A DNA stretch of 8,124 nt from Naegleria gruberi (Eukaryota), in the NCBI GenBank assembly GCA_000004985.1, contig GG739088.1; one strand, given 5' to 3'. Of the stretch, positions 1-6,808 are shown in pieces; position 1 is the first letter of the stretch; every line of letters begins with the position of its first letter. Under the pieces are notes generated by a model. It was not told where the DNA came from, searched no databases, and saw only the letters and a list, made by a program, of their open reading frames with translations. The position numbers and the translations under genes were made by a program.

Positions 1-848
1 CTATTTTCCTGAATAAAACAAAATGGGCAGTCGTTAAGGTTTCACCACTAGTGGCATAGTATTTGGTATTCAAATTATTGATTATTAAATGGAAAAGTTG
101 CTGATCAACCCAATAATGTCTTAAAAAATCGTCAGCACAGGATGGAATTGATGGAAGATGTTTCAACCTGTATATACCATCAACTACTTCTATTGGGATA
201 ATGGTATCACAATCTAGTTGAGAATAAAATGTTGAATTTGAAACTTGATTTCTCCAATACATCAGTCTATCTCTTAGTTGAGAATTCTGTTGATTTACAA
301 GCAATTCGGAGTAATCTTGGCCATTAAAGCTCATTTCCAAAACCAATGCAGCTTGTTGATACATCCACACCTTTCTAACTGGTTGCTGTACTTCATGTAA
401 ATTCACAGACGCCCTTAATGCACACAAATCAGGTGAAACAATGTGAGTAACAGAATATAACTTATTTTCAAAATGCATAGATGACATTCGTAACATTTCT
501 TGCATGCATTTCCATGCTCCTGTATGTTGAAGTGCAACTTTCTCATTTGTTTTGAAAGCAGATAATGTAATACAATTTTCAATTGAAATATTATTACCTG
601 CTAATGAAACCGTCAATACAGTAGGCGTTGATTGAACAGCAATTCTTGAATCCCAAGAATACTTTAGAAATATGCTCGCATTTTCTATCAAGTTCTCTTT
701 AACAAACACTCTAACAGCATCCATCAAAAATGCAACCCCATTAGAAATAGTGTAATATGATTTGGTGGTATCTGAAATTATTTTAAAAGGAGCTGTTTTT
801 GTTAACCAAGTCCTGATACTCCCTGAGAAACCCTTGATGTCGTCTCCA
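1..848 (-). CDS. Internal or 3'-ward coding segment of a large minus-strand gene of unknown function. It is a continuous 282-codon frame (codons occupy 847 down to 2) that is open at both ends, entering the masked block at 849 and running off the window at 1
   Basis: Manual reverse-complement translation shows the frame GDDIKGFSGSIRTWLTKTAPFKIISDTTKSYYTISNGVAFLMDAVRVFVKENLIENASIFLKYSWDSRIAVQSTPTVLTVSLAGNN...HYWVDQQLFHLIINNLNTKYYATSGETLTTAHFVLFRKI with no stop over 846 nt. The track missed it because it has no stop in the window. The track ORF 783..3236 is a different frame, which stops at 783-785, and overlaps only 848-783. I recognise no family motif. Confidence 0.6.
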
Positions 849-2698
849 NNNNNNNNNNNNNNNNNNNNNNNNNNNNNNNNNNNNNNNNNNNNNNNNNNNN
901 NNNNNNNNNNNNNNNNNNNNNNNNNNNNNNNNNNNNNNNNNNNNNNNNNNNNNNNNNNNNNNNNNNNNNNNNNNNNNNNNNNNNNNNNNNNNNNNNNNNN
1001 NNNNNNNNNNNNNNNNNNNNNNNNNNNNNNNNNNNNNNNNNNNNNNNNNNNNNNNNNNNNNNNNNNNNNNNNNNNNNNNNNNNNNNNNNNNNNNNNNNNN
1101 NNNNNNNNNNNNNNNNNNNNNNNNNNNNNNNNNNNNNNNNNNNNNNNNNNNNNNNNNNNNNNNNNNNNNNNNNNNNNNNNNNNNNNNNNNNNNNNNNNNN
1201 NNNNNNNNNNNNNNNNNNNNNNNNNNNNNNNNNNNNNNNNNNNNNNNNNNNNNNNNNNNNNNNNNNNNNNNNNNNNNNNNNNNNNNNNNNNNNNNNNNNN
1301 NNNNNNNNNNNNNNNNNNNNNNNNNNNNNNNNNNNNNNNNNNNNNNNNNNNNNNNNNNNNNNNNNNNNNNNNNNNNNNNNNNNNNNNNNNNNNNNNNNNN
1401 NNNNNNNNNNNNNNNNNNNNNNNNNNNNNNNNNNNNNNNNNNNNNNNNNNNNNNNNNNNNNNNNNNNNNNNNNNNNNNNNNNNNNNNNNNNNNNNNNNNN
1501 NNNNNNNNNNNNNNNNNNNNNNNNNNNNNNNNNNNNNNNNNNNNNNNNNNNNNNNNNNNNNNNNNNNNNNNNNNNNNNNNNNNNNNNNNNNNNNNNNNNN
1601 NNNNNNNNNNNNNNNNNNNNNNNNNNNNNNNNNNNNNNNNNNNNNNNNNNNNNNNNNNNNNNNNNNNNNNNNNNNNNNNNNNNNNNNNNNNNNNNNNNNN
1701 NNNNNNNNNNNNNNNNNNNNNNNNNNNNNNNNNNNNNNNNNNNNNNNNNNNNNNNNNNNNNNNNNNNNNNNNNNNNNNNNNNNNNNNNNNNNNNNNNNNN
1801 NNNNNNNNNNNNNNNNNNNNNNNNNNNNNNNNNNNNNNNNNNNNNNNNNNNNNNNNNNNNNNNNNNNNNNNNNNNNNNNNNNNNNNNNNNNNNNNNNNNN
1901 NNNNNNNNNNNNNNNNNNNNNNNNNNNNNNNNNNNNNNNNNNNNNNNNNNNNNNNNNNNNNNNNNNNNNNNNNNNNNNNNNNNNNNNNNNNNNNNNNNNN
2001 NNNNNNNNNNNNNNNNNNNNNNNNNNNNNNNNNNNNNNNNNNNNNNNNNNNNNNNNNNNNNNNNNNNNNNNNNNNNNNNNNNNNNNNNNNNNNNNNNNNN
2101 NNNNNNNNNNNNNNNNNNNNNNNNNNNNNNNNNNNNNNNNNNNNNNNNNNNNNNNNNNNNNNNNNNNNNNNNNNNNNNNNNNNNNNNNNNNNNNNNNNNN
2201 NNNNNNNNNNNNNNNNNNNNNNNNNNNNNNNNNNNNNNNNNNNNNNNNNNNNNNNNNNNNNNNNNNNNNNNNNNNNNNNNNNNNNNNNNNNNNNNNNNNN
2301 NNNNNNNNNNNNNNNNNNNNNNNNNNNNNNNNNNNNNNNNNNNNNNNNNNNNNNNNNNNNNNNNNNNNNNNNNNNNNNNNNNNNNNNNNNNNNNNNNNNN
2401 NNNNNNNNNNNNNNNNNNNNNNNNNNNNNNNNNNNNNNNNNNNNNNNNNNNNNNNNNNNNNNNNNNNNNNNNNNNNNNNNNNNNNNNNNNNNNNNNNNNN
2501 NNNNNNNNNNNNNNNNNNNNNNNNNNNNNNNNNNNNNNNNNNNNNNNNNNNNNNNNNNNNNNNNNNNNNNNNNNNNNNNNNNNNNNNNNNNNNNNNNNNN
2601 NNNNNNNNNNNNNNNNNNNNNNNNNNNNNNNNNNNNNNNNNNNNNNNNNNNNNNNNNNNNNNNNNNNNNNNNNNNNNNNNNNNNNNNNNNNNNNNNNN

Positions 2699-3142
2699 AC
2701 AAAAACCAATGTTCAGATTTTAAACTTGGCATATTATCTTCATCCCATACGTACACTTTTGTGTCAAGTTTCAAACCTTTAGAGGATTTGCCTTCCATAT
2801 AGTAATACTTAGATGTAAGTTTAACAGATGATGGTTTGGATTGAGTTAACTGAGAGAAGAATAAATCTGAAATTGGACCAAATGGAAGTGTAAAACATAA
2901 ATTCTGTCTCCAAGTTACATTTCTTGCTGAATCAGGATTCATTCTTGTGTGATTATATTTAGGAGAGGCTGGTGACAATTTAATGTTGAATGTGTCTTCA
3001 CCACCATTTGGTGTGATAAAAAATTGAATTCTTTCCATTAAGGCTTTAGATTCATTATCAGAAAGACAGTATGTTGTATCATTATCAGTATTCCACATAT
3101 TGTTATTGGAAACCATTACTCTTCCACATTGATAATTAATTT
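2699..3142 (-). CDS. Exon 4 (partial, continuing into the masked block) of the same large minus-strand gene. Translation runs (K)INYQCGRVMVSNNNMWNTDNDTTYCLSDNESKALMERIQFFITPNGGEDTFNIKLSPASPKYNHTRMNPDSARNVTWRQNLCFTLPFGPISDLFFSQLTQSKPSSVKLTSKYYYMEGKSSKGLKLDTKVYVWDEDNMPSLKSEHWFL...
   Basis: This is the open frame of track ORF 783..3236 on real sequence, with coding-like codon usage (cca, aga, ggt). Its 5' boundary is placed at the AG of a 45-nt intron with a GTAAGT donor at 3187. The intron is a multiple of 3 with no stop, so retention cannot be excluded. Confidence 0.55.
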
Positions 3143-3187
3143 CTAAATTATAAATTATAAATTTAAATTTAAATAAGAAATACTTAC
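3143..3187 (-). other. Putative intron 3 (45 nt, GTAAGT...TTTAG)
   Basis: GTAAGT donor, about 7% GC, and a TTTAG acceptor. It is in-frame and stop-free, so it is also compatible with retention. Confidence 0.35.
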
Positions 3188-3229
3188 TTGGAGGAGAGGG
3201 TTGTGTAAGAAGAGCCAAATATGAGAAGG
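3188..3229 (-). CDS. Exon 3 (42 nt; TFSYLALLTQPSPP plus shared codons) of the large minus-strand gene
   Basis: A 45% GC island between two roughly 10% GC segments. The upstream segment begins GTATGT and ends AG, and the downstream one begins GTAAGT and ends TTTAG. The phase-1 junctions join the upstream ORF frame to the frame of exon 4. Confidence 0.45.
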
Positions 3230-3267
3230 CTTTCAAATATTAAAATATTAAGTATTATGAAACATAC
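3230..3267 (-). other. Putative intron 2 (38 nt, GTATGT...GAAAG)
   Basis: Exact yeast-type GTATGT donor, about 13% GC, and correct phase into exon 3. The alternative reading is that the ATG at 3273-3271 begins a signal-peptide-like exon (see findings). Confidence 0.4.
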
Positions 3268-3441
3268 TTTCATTTTGTGTTGGTTCTTCCAATGGTACAA
3301 AATTAATGGTTGGTAATGAAAAATTGGAGGCTTGATTAGAAGTAAGTGGCCAATGTTGAATAGTTCCTTCGTTTGGCATTGTATTTAAAGTGTCATCCAT
3401 ATCTAGAATTATATTATCTCTCTGGTTGTTAACAATGTTCA
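3268..3441 (-). CDS. Exon 2 of the large minus-strand gene (V)NIVNNQRDNIILDMDDTLNTMPNEGTIQHWPLTSNQASNFSLPTINFVPLEEPTQNE. It equals the body of track ORF 3248..3442, whose GTG start and TAA stop would in this model be spliced out
   Basis: A GTATGT donor lies immediately after codon GAA+A at 3267-3262, and an acceptor AAG lies at 3442-3444 on the minus strand. The frame is preserved into exon 3. Confidence 0.45.
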
Positions 3442-3494
3442 CTTATCCGATTAATTAATTATTTAATTAATTATTATACAAAACTACAACCTAC
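3442..3494 (-). other. Putative intron 1 (53 nt, GTAGGT...AAG), very AT-rich with (TAAT)n-like self-complementary low complexity
   Basis: Canonical GT/AG ends and correct phase. GC is about 20%, against about 37% in the flanking exons. Confidence 0.4.
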
Positions 3495-3579
3495 CACGTT
3501 TTGTTGGTTTCTTCTTCTTGATAGCGGTAATATCAGAAGACTTCTTCCAATTCCATTTAAACATATGTGGAATGCTCAT
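3495..3579 (-). CDS. Exon 1 with the start codon (minus-strand ATG at 3579-3577): MSIPHMFKWNWKKSSDITAIKKKKPTKR + G of a split codon
   Basis: The ATG sits in an A-rich context (aaacatcaacaATGa). Without splicing the frame stops after 31 codons (..KRGRL*). With a GTAGGT donor at 3494 and the AAG acceptor at 3442, a 53-nt intron joins it in frame to the 64-aa ORF. Confidence 0.4.
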
Positions 3580-3725
3580 TGTTGATGTTTGATTATTTGT
3601 TTGTTGTTAGTGTTGAAGTCATGTTGTGGGATGTAGTTTGTGGGAGGTGGATGTTGTGTGCGTGTTGTTGCATCATTTTTTTAAAATACAGCACCCTTTG
3701 CGAAAAGACAAAAATTAAATACTTG
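3580..3725. promoter_or_regulatory. Short divergent intergenic and leader region between minus-strand ATG 3579 and plus-strand ATG 3726. It contains a roughly 93-nt GT-rich tract on the plus strand (3580-3672; CA-rich and almost G-free on the minus strand) and a 9-codon uORF MTSTLTTNK (minus, 3593-3622) ending 13 nt before the main ATG
   Basis: Composition was read directly. The tract has almost no G or T on the minus strand, and the TTTTTTTAAAATA element at 3676-3690 is TATA-like. Promoter function itself is inferred. Confidence 0.35.
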
Positions 3726-3965
3726 ATGGCGACACATGCTGTGCAAGAAAAAATCCAGAAGAGGAAGAGATCTGATTTGAACATCATTCCACCCAGAAAG
3801 AGAAAAAACCTGAACCTTATCAAAAAGAAAACAATCATCATGCCAAGAAAAGTTGAGGAGCCCAAAAGACCAGAGCTTTCGAAAGATTTCGTGATTGATG
3901 TAAAAAAATCCATCAAAACTACAGTGACCCGAGATGGTGACATTCAAAAACCTTGGATCTCTTAA
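3726..3965 (+). CDS. Small, very basic K/R-rich protein (79 aa): MATHAVQEKIQKRKRSDLNIIPPRKRKNLNLIKKKTIIMPRKVEEPKRPELSKDFVIDVKKSIKTTVTRDGDIQKPWIS*. It has NLS-like KRKR and PRKRK motifs and no recognised family
   Basis: ATG at 3726 and TAA at 3963-3965. It lies on a purine-rich sense strand and has a divergent orientation to the minus gene. Its codon usage is less biased than the S41 gene. The longer track version from 3567 begins in the GT-rich low-complexity tract and is not credible. Confidence 0.3.
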   Translation: MATHAVQEKIQKRKRSDLNIIPPRKRKNLNLIKKKTIIMPRKVEEPKRPELSKDFVIDVKKSIKTTVTRDGDIQKPWIS

Positions 3966-4040
3966 GGAATTGGTGGATTTTTTGGAAAAGGATATAGTTA
4001 AGTGAGTTCAGAAGTTTGAGGGCCCTTGGGGTTTTTTCAG

Positions 4041-4175
4041 CAAATACTTGAACGTTTTGAGAATTTGGTTGAGAAGTAATTAATCATTCTTGAGGAATTG
4101 TTTGAAAACAGTTTGAAAGTTGCTCAAGATTTTCTTGAACAAACTTTGGATGTATTTCAAGTAGTTTTTAGGTAA
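4041..4175 (+). other. Cryptic coding-like frame with three degenerate 11-residue repeats (QILERFENLVEK * LIILEELFENSLKVAQDFLEQTLDVFQVVFR*) interrupted by a single TAA at 4077-4079. A GTGAGT...TTTTTTCAG intron-like segment (4002-4040) precedes it
   Basis: Seen by direct translation of frame 0. The repeat units cttgaacgttttgagaatttggttgagaag, cttgaggaattgtttgaaaacagtttgaaag and cttgaacaaactttggatgtatttcaagtag are visibly related, and codon usage is yeast-like (ttg, gaa, caa, gtt). Confidence 0.25.
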
Positions 4176-4178
4176 AAA

Positions 4179-4200
4179 AGGCACCTTTTAGGCACCTTTT
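4179..4200. repeat. Perfect tandem duplication of the 11-mer aggcacctttt (x2)
   Basis: Direct reading: 4179-4189 is identical to 4190-4200. Confidence 0.9.
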
Positions 4201-4339
4201 TGCAAATTAGCGTGAAAGTACCTTAAAAAAGTCGACTTTTAGCAAAACTTTTTCCGGAAGTCTAATATTAATAAAAAAACCAAGTTCATCTCATCACCCC
4301 AAGTTTTTCGTAATCTAGATATTCATTATCACATGGCTG

Positions 4340-4424
4340 ATGAAAACTTTTAAAACTCATCTGTATTCCGATAACAACAACCAATTCAATCTTCAAATGA
4401 TCGTTAATAATAACAATATCTTTA
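4340..4424 (+). CDS. Possible 5' end of a plus-strand gene entering the masked block (MKTFKTHLYSDNNNQFNLQMIVNNNNIF...). The internal ATG at 4397 has a better A-rich context (cttcaaATGa). It may be the start of the S41-like gene or of a separate gene
   Basis: Open frame 2 up to the mask. The upstream leader ataacaacaaccaattcaatcttcaa is A-rich and G-poor like the other leaders here. The minus strand of the same bases also reads as an open C-terminus (..KDIVIINDHLKIELVVVIG..*, stop at 4286), so the strand is unresolved. Confidence 0.2.
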
Positions 4425-6074
4425 NNNNNNNNNNNNNNNNNNNNNNNNNNNNNNNNNNNNNNNNNNNNNNNNNNNNNNNNNNNNNNNNNNNNNNNNNNNN
4501 NNNNNNNNNNNNNNNNNNNNNNNNNNNNNNNNNNNNNNNNNNNNNNNNNNNNNNNNNNNNNNNNNNNNNNNNNNNNNNNNNNNNNNNNNNNNNNNNNNNN
4601 NNNNNNNNNNNNNNNNNNNNNNNNNNNNNNNNNNNNNNNNNNNNNNNNNNNNNNNNNNNNNNNNNNNNNNNNNNNNNNNNNNNNNNNNNNNNNNNNNNNN
4701 NNNNNNNNNNNNNNNNNNNNNNNNNNNNNNNNNNNNNNNNNNNNNNNNNNNNNNNNNNNNNNNNNNNNNNNNNNNNNNNNNNNNNNNNNNNNNNNNNNNN
4801 NNNNNNNNNNNNNNNNNNNNNNNNNNNNNNNNNNNNNNNNNNNNNNNNNNNNNNNNNNNNNNNNNNNNNNNNNNNNNNNNNNNNNNNNNNNNNNNNNNNN
4901 NNNNNNNNNNNNNNNNNNNNNNNNNNNNNNNNNNNNNNNNNNNNNNNNNNNNNNNNNNNNNNNNNNNNNNNNNNNNNNNNNNNNNNNNNNNNNNNNNNNN
5001 NNNNNNNNNNNNNNNNNNNNNNNNNNNNNNNNNNNNNNNNNNNNNNNNNNNNNNNNNNNNNNNNNNNNNNNNNNNNNNNNNNNNNNNNNNNNNNNNNNNN
5101 NNNNNNNNNNNNNNNNNNNNNNNNNNNNNNNNNNNNNNNNNNNNNNNNNNNNNNNNNNNNNNNNNNNNNNNNNNNNNNNNNNNNNNNNNNNNNNNNNNNN
5201 NNNNNNNNNNNNNNNNNNNNNNNNNNNNNNNNNNNNNNNNNNNNNNNNNNNNNNNNNNNNNNNNNNNNNNNNNNNNNNNNNNNNNNNNNNNNNNNNNNNN
5301 NNNNNNNNNNNNNNNNNNNNNNNNNNNNNNNNNNNNNNNNNNNNNNNNNNNNNNNNNNNNNNNNNNNNNNNNNNNNNNNNNNNNNNNNNNNNNNNNNNNN
5401 NNNNNNNNNNNNNNNNNNNNNNNNNNNNNNNNNNNNNNNNNNNNNNNNNNNNNNNNNNNNNNNNNNNNNNNNNNNNNNNNNNNNNNNNNNNNNNNNNNNN
5501 NNNNNNNNNNNNNNNNNNNNNNNNNNNNNNNNNNNNNNNNNNNNNNNNNNNNNNNNNNNNNNNNNNNNNNNNNNNNNNNNNNNNNNNNNNNNNNNNNNNN
5601 NNNNNNNNNNNNNNNNNNNNNNNNNNNNNNNNNNNNNNNNNNNNNNNNNNNNNNNNNNNNNNNNNNNNNNNNNNNNNNNNNNNNNNNNNNNNNNNNNNNN
5701 NNNNNNNNNNNNNNNNNNNNNNNNNNNNNNNNNNNNNNNNNNNNNNNNNNNNNNNNNNNNNNNNNNNNNNNNNNNNNNNNNNNNNNNNNNNNNNNNNNNN
5801 NNNNNNNNNNNNNNNNNNNNNNNNNNNNNNNNNNNNNNNNNNNNNNNNNNNNNNNNNNNNNNNNNNNNNNNNNNNNNNNNNNNNNNNNNNNNNNNNNNNN
5901 NNNNNNNNNNNNNNNNNNNNNNNNNNNNNNNNNNNNNNNNNNNNNNNNNNNNNNNNNNNNNNNNNNNNNNNNNNNNNNNNNNNNNNNNNNNNNNNNNNNN
6001 NNNNNNNNNNNNNNNNNNNNNNNNNNNNNNNNNNNNNNNNNNNNNNNNNNNNNNNNNNNNNNNNNNNNNNNNNT

Positions 6075-6729
6075 GCCTCTCTCAATAATGCTTCTGGAAT
6101 TATTGATTATTATACTGGTNTGGGATATGATTTGAAAAAGTTTGTTGGAGGTGAAATTACCAAAATTCATGGAAAGGTTGCTATTAGACATATTGTCGAT
6201 TGGGCTAATGCTAATGCTGGTGGTTACAAGGATGAAGGAGCTCGTTTCAATGTTGCCATCTCTAACTTGTTCATGACTAGATCTTTGAATAGACTTGGAT
6301 TCCCAGTTAATGGTGAAATTGTTTCCTATGAAATTTTGGCTACTGATGGAACTACTAGTACTGTTAATATTCCTTGGGTTGGTTCTTCATTGATTAATTA
6401 TCAATCACCAAACGATTTCTATGCCTCATGTCTTGCTACTGCTAATAGAGCTAGATTGACCAATGAGGAAAAGAAGGTCGATCCTCTCCAAGAAAAGAGA
6501 ACTCTTCCACTTTTGTCTAAAGCAACCAAGGATACTCACAATATTGTCAATCTCATCACTGGTGATCAAGTTAATTATTTCCAAATTGATGGAAAGGTTG
6601 GTGTTATTACTGTTGAATCTTTTGTTCCAAAAGATGAAGTTCAATTTGCTAAAGATTTCCAAACAGCCATGTATCTTGCCAAGCTCAATAAGATTCCACG
6701 TATTATTGTCGATGTTACCAACAATGGTG
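6075..6729 (+). CDS. Exon (partial, emerging from the masked block) of an S41-family (C-terminal processing peptidase, tricorn-core or IRBP-like) domain protein: ALLNNASGIIDYYTGxGYDLKKFVGGEITKIHGKVAIRHIV...DGKVGVITVESFVPKDEVQFAKDFQTAMYLAKLNKIPRIIVDVTNNG(G)
   Basis: Frame 0 is open from the first unmasked base, and the track's start at 6132 is only a TTG. Codon bias is strong. The exon ends in phase 1 at a GTATGT donor (6730). Motifs DGKVGVITVESF and IIVDVTNNGGG resemble the GYIRIxSF and LDLRNNGGG motifs of S41 proteins. Confidence 0.75.
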
Positions 6730-6808
6730 GTATGTATTCTATTTTAACATTATTATTCAAATAATTTCCAAATACTAATACTATTCTGATTAATTTAATA
6801 ACAAATAG
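6730..6808 (+). other. Intron (79 nt): GTATGT donor, TACTAAT branch-like motif at 6773-6779 lying 29 nt from the TAG acceptor at 6806-6808
   Basis: The two large ORFs 6132..6764 and 6823..8100 are in different frames and join exactly through GT...AG in phase 1 (G|GT gives Gly), completing the NNGGG motif. The intron is about 20% GC. Confidence 0.8.

Noticed and set aside
1-848. Phospholipase-B-like (PLBD) identity for the large minus-strand protein
   Set aside because: The first impression came from composition. The remembered PLBD landmarks (autocatalytic GHCSALIK and N-terminal TGWG-containing motif) are not present in the visible segments.
762-2723. Track ORFs running through the N blocks (762..2723 +, 802..2709 -, 4286..6085 -, 4340..6088 +, 4422..6191 -), made mostly of X
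   Set aside because: They exist only because N translates to X with no stop. Only their real-sequence ends were evaluated, and two of those ends are reported separately at low confidence.
3188-3273. ATG at 3273-3271 (minus) opening a signal-peptide-like exon MKVCFIILNILIFESLLIFGSSYTTLSS, spliced via GTAAGT (3187) to an AG at 3122-3121
   Set aside because: It is not fully rejected and is kept as an alternative. It is disfavoured for three reasons. Its hydrophobicity comes from very T-rich sequence of about 13% GC that looks like an intron. The ATG lies inside the upstream ORF's coding region on the same strand. And the competing three-intron model uses two exact consensus donors with frame conservation.
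3567-3725. N-terminal extension of track ORF 3567..3965 (MECSLLMFDYLFVVSVEVMLWDVVCGRWMLCACCC...)
   Set aside because: It is a translation of the GT-rich low-complexity tract (Cys, Val, Leu, Trp and Phe from TGT, GTT and TTG repeats). It has no coding-like usage. The ATG at 3726 is the credible start if the gene is real.
3593-3947. Minus-strand ORFs 3593..3943 and 3681..3947
   Set aside because: Both are antisense to the purine-rich small ORF and are dominated by F, L and S from T-rich antisense sequence. Only the terminal 9 codons of the first are kept, as a uORF of the downstream gene.
4270-4275. AATAAA (4270-4275) as a poly(A) signal for the small plus-strand ORF
   Set aside because: It lies about 300 nt downstream, in A-rich sequence where the hexamer is expected by chance, and yeast-like taxa do not rely on it.
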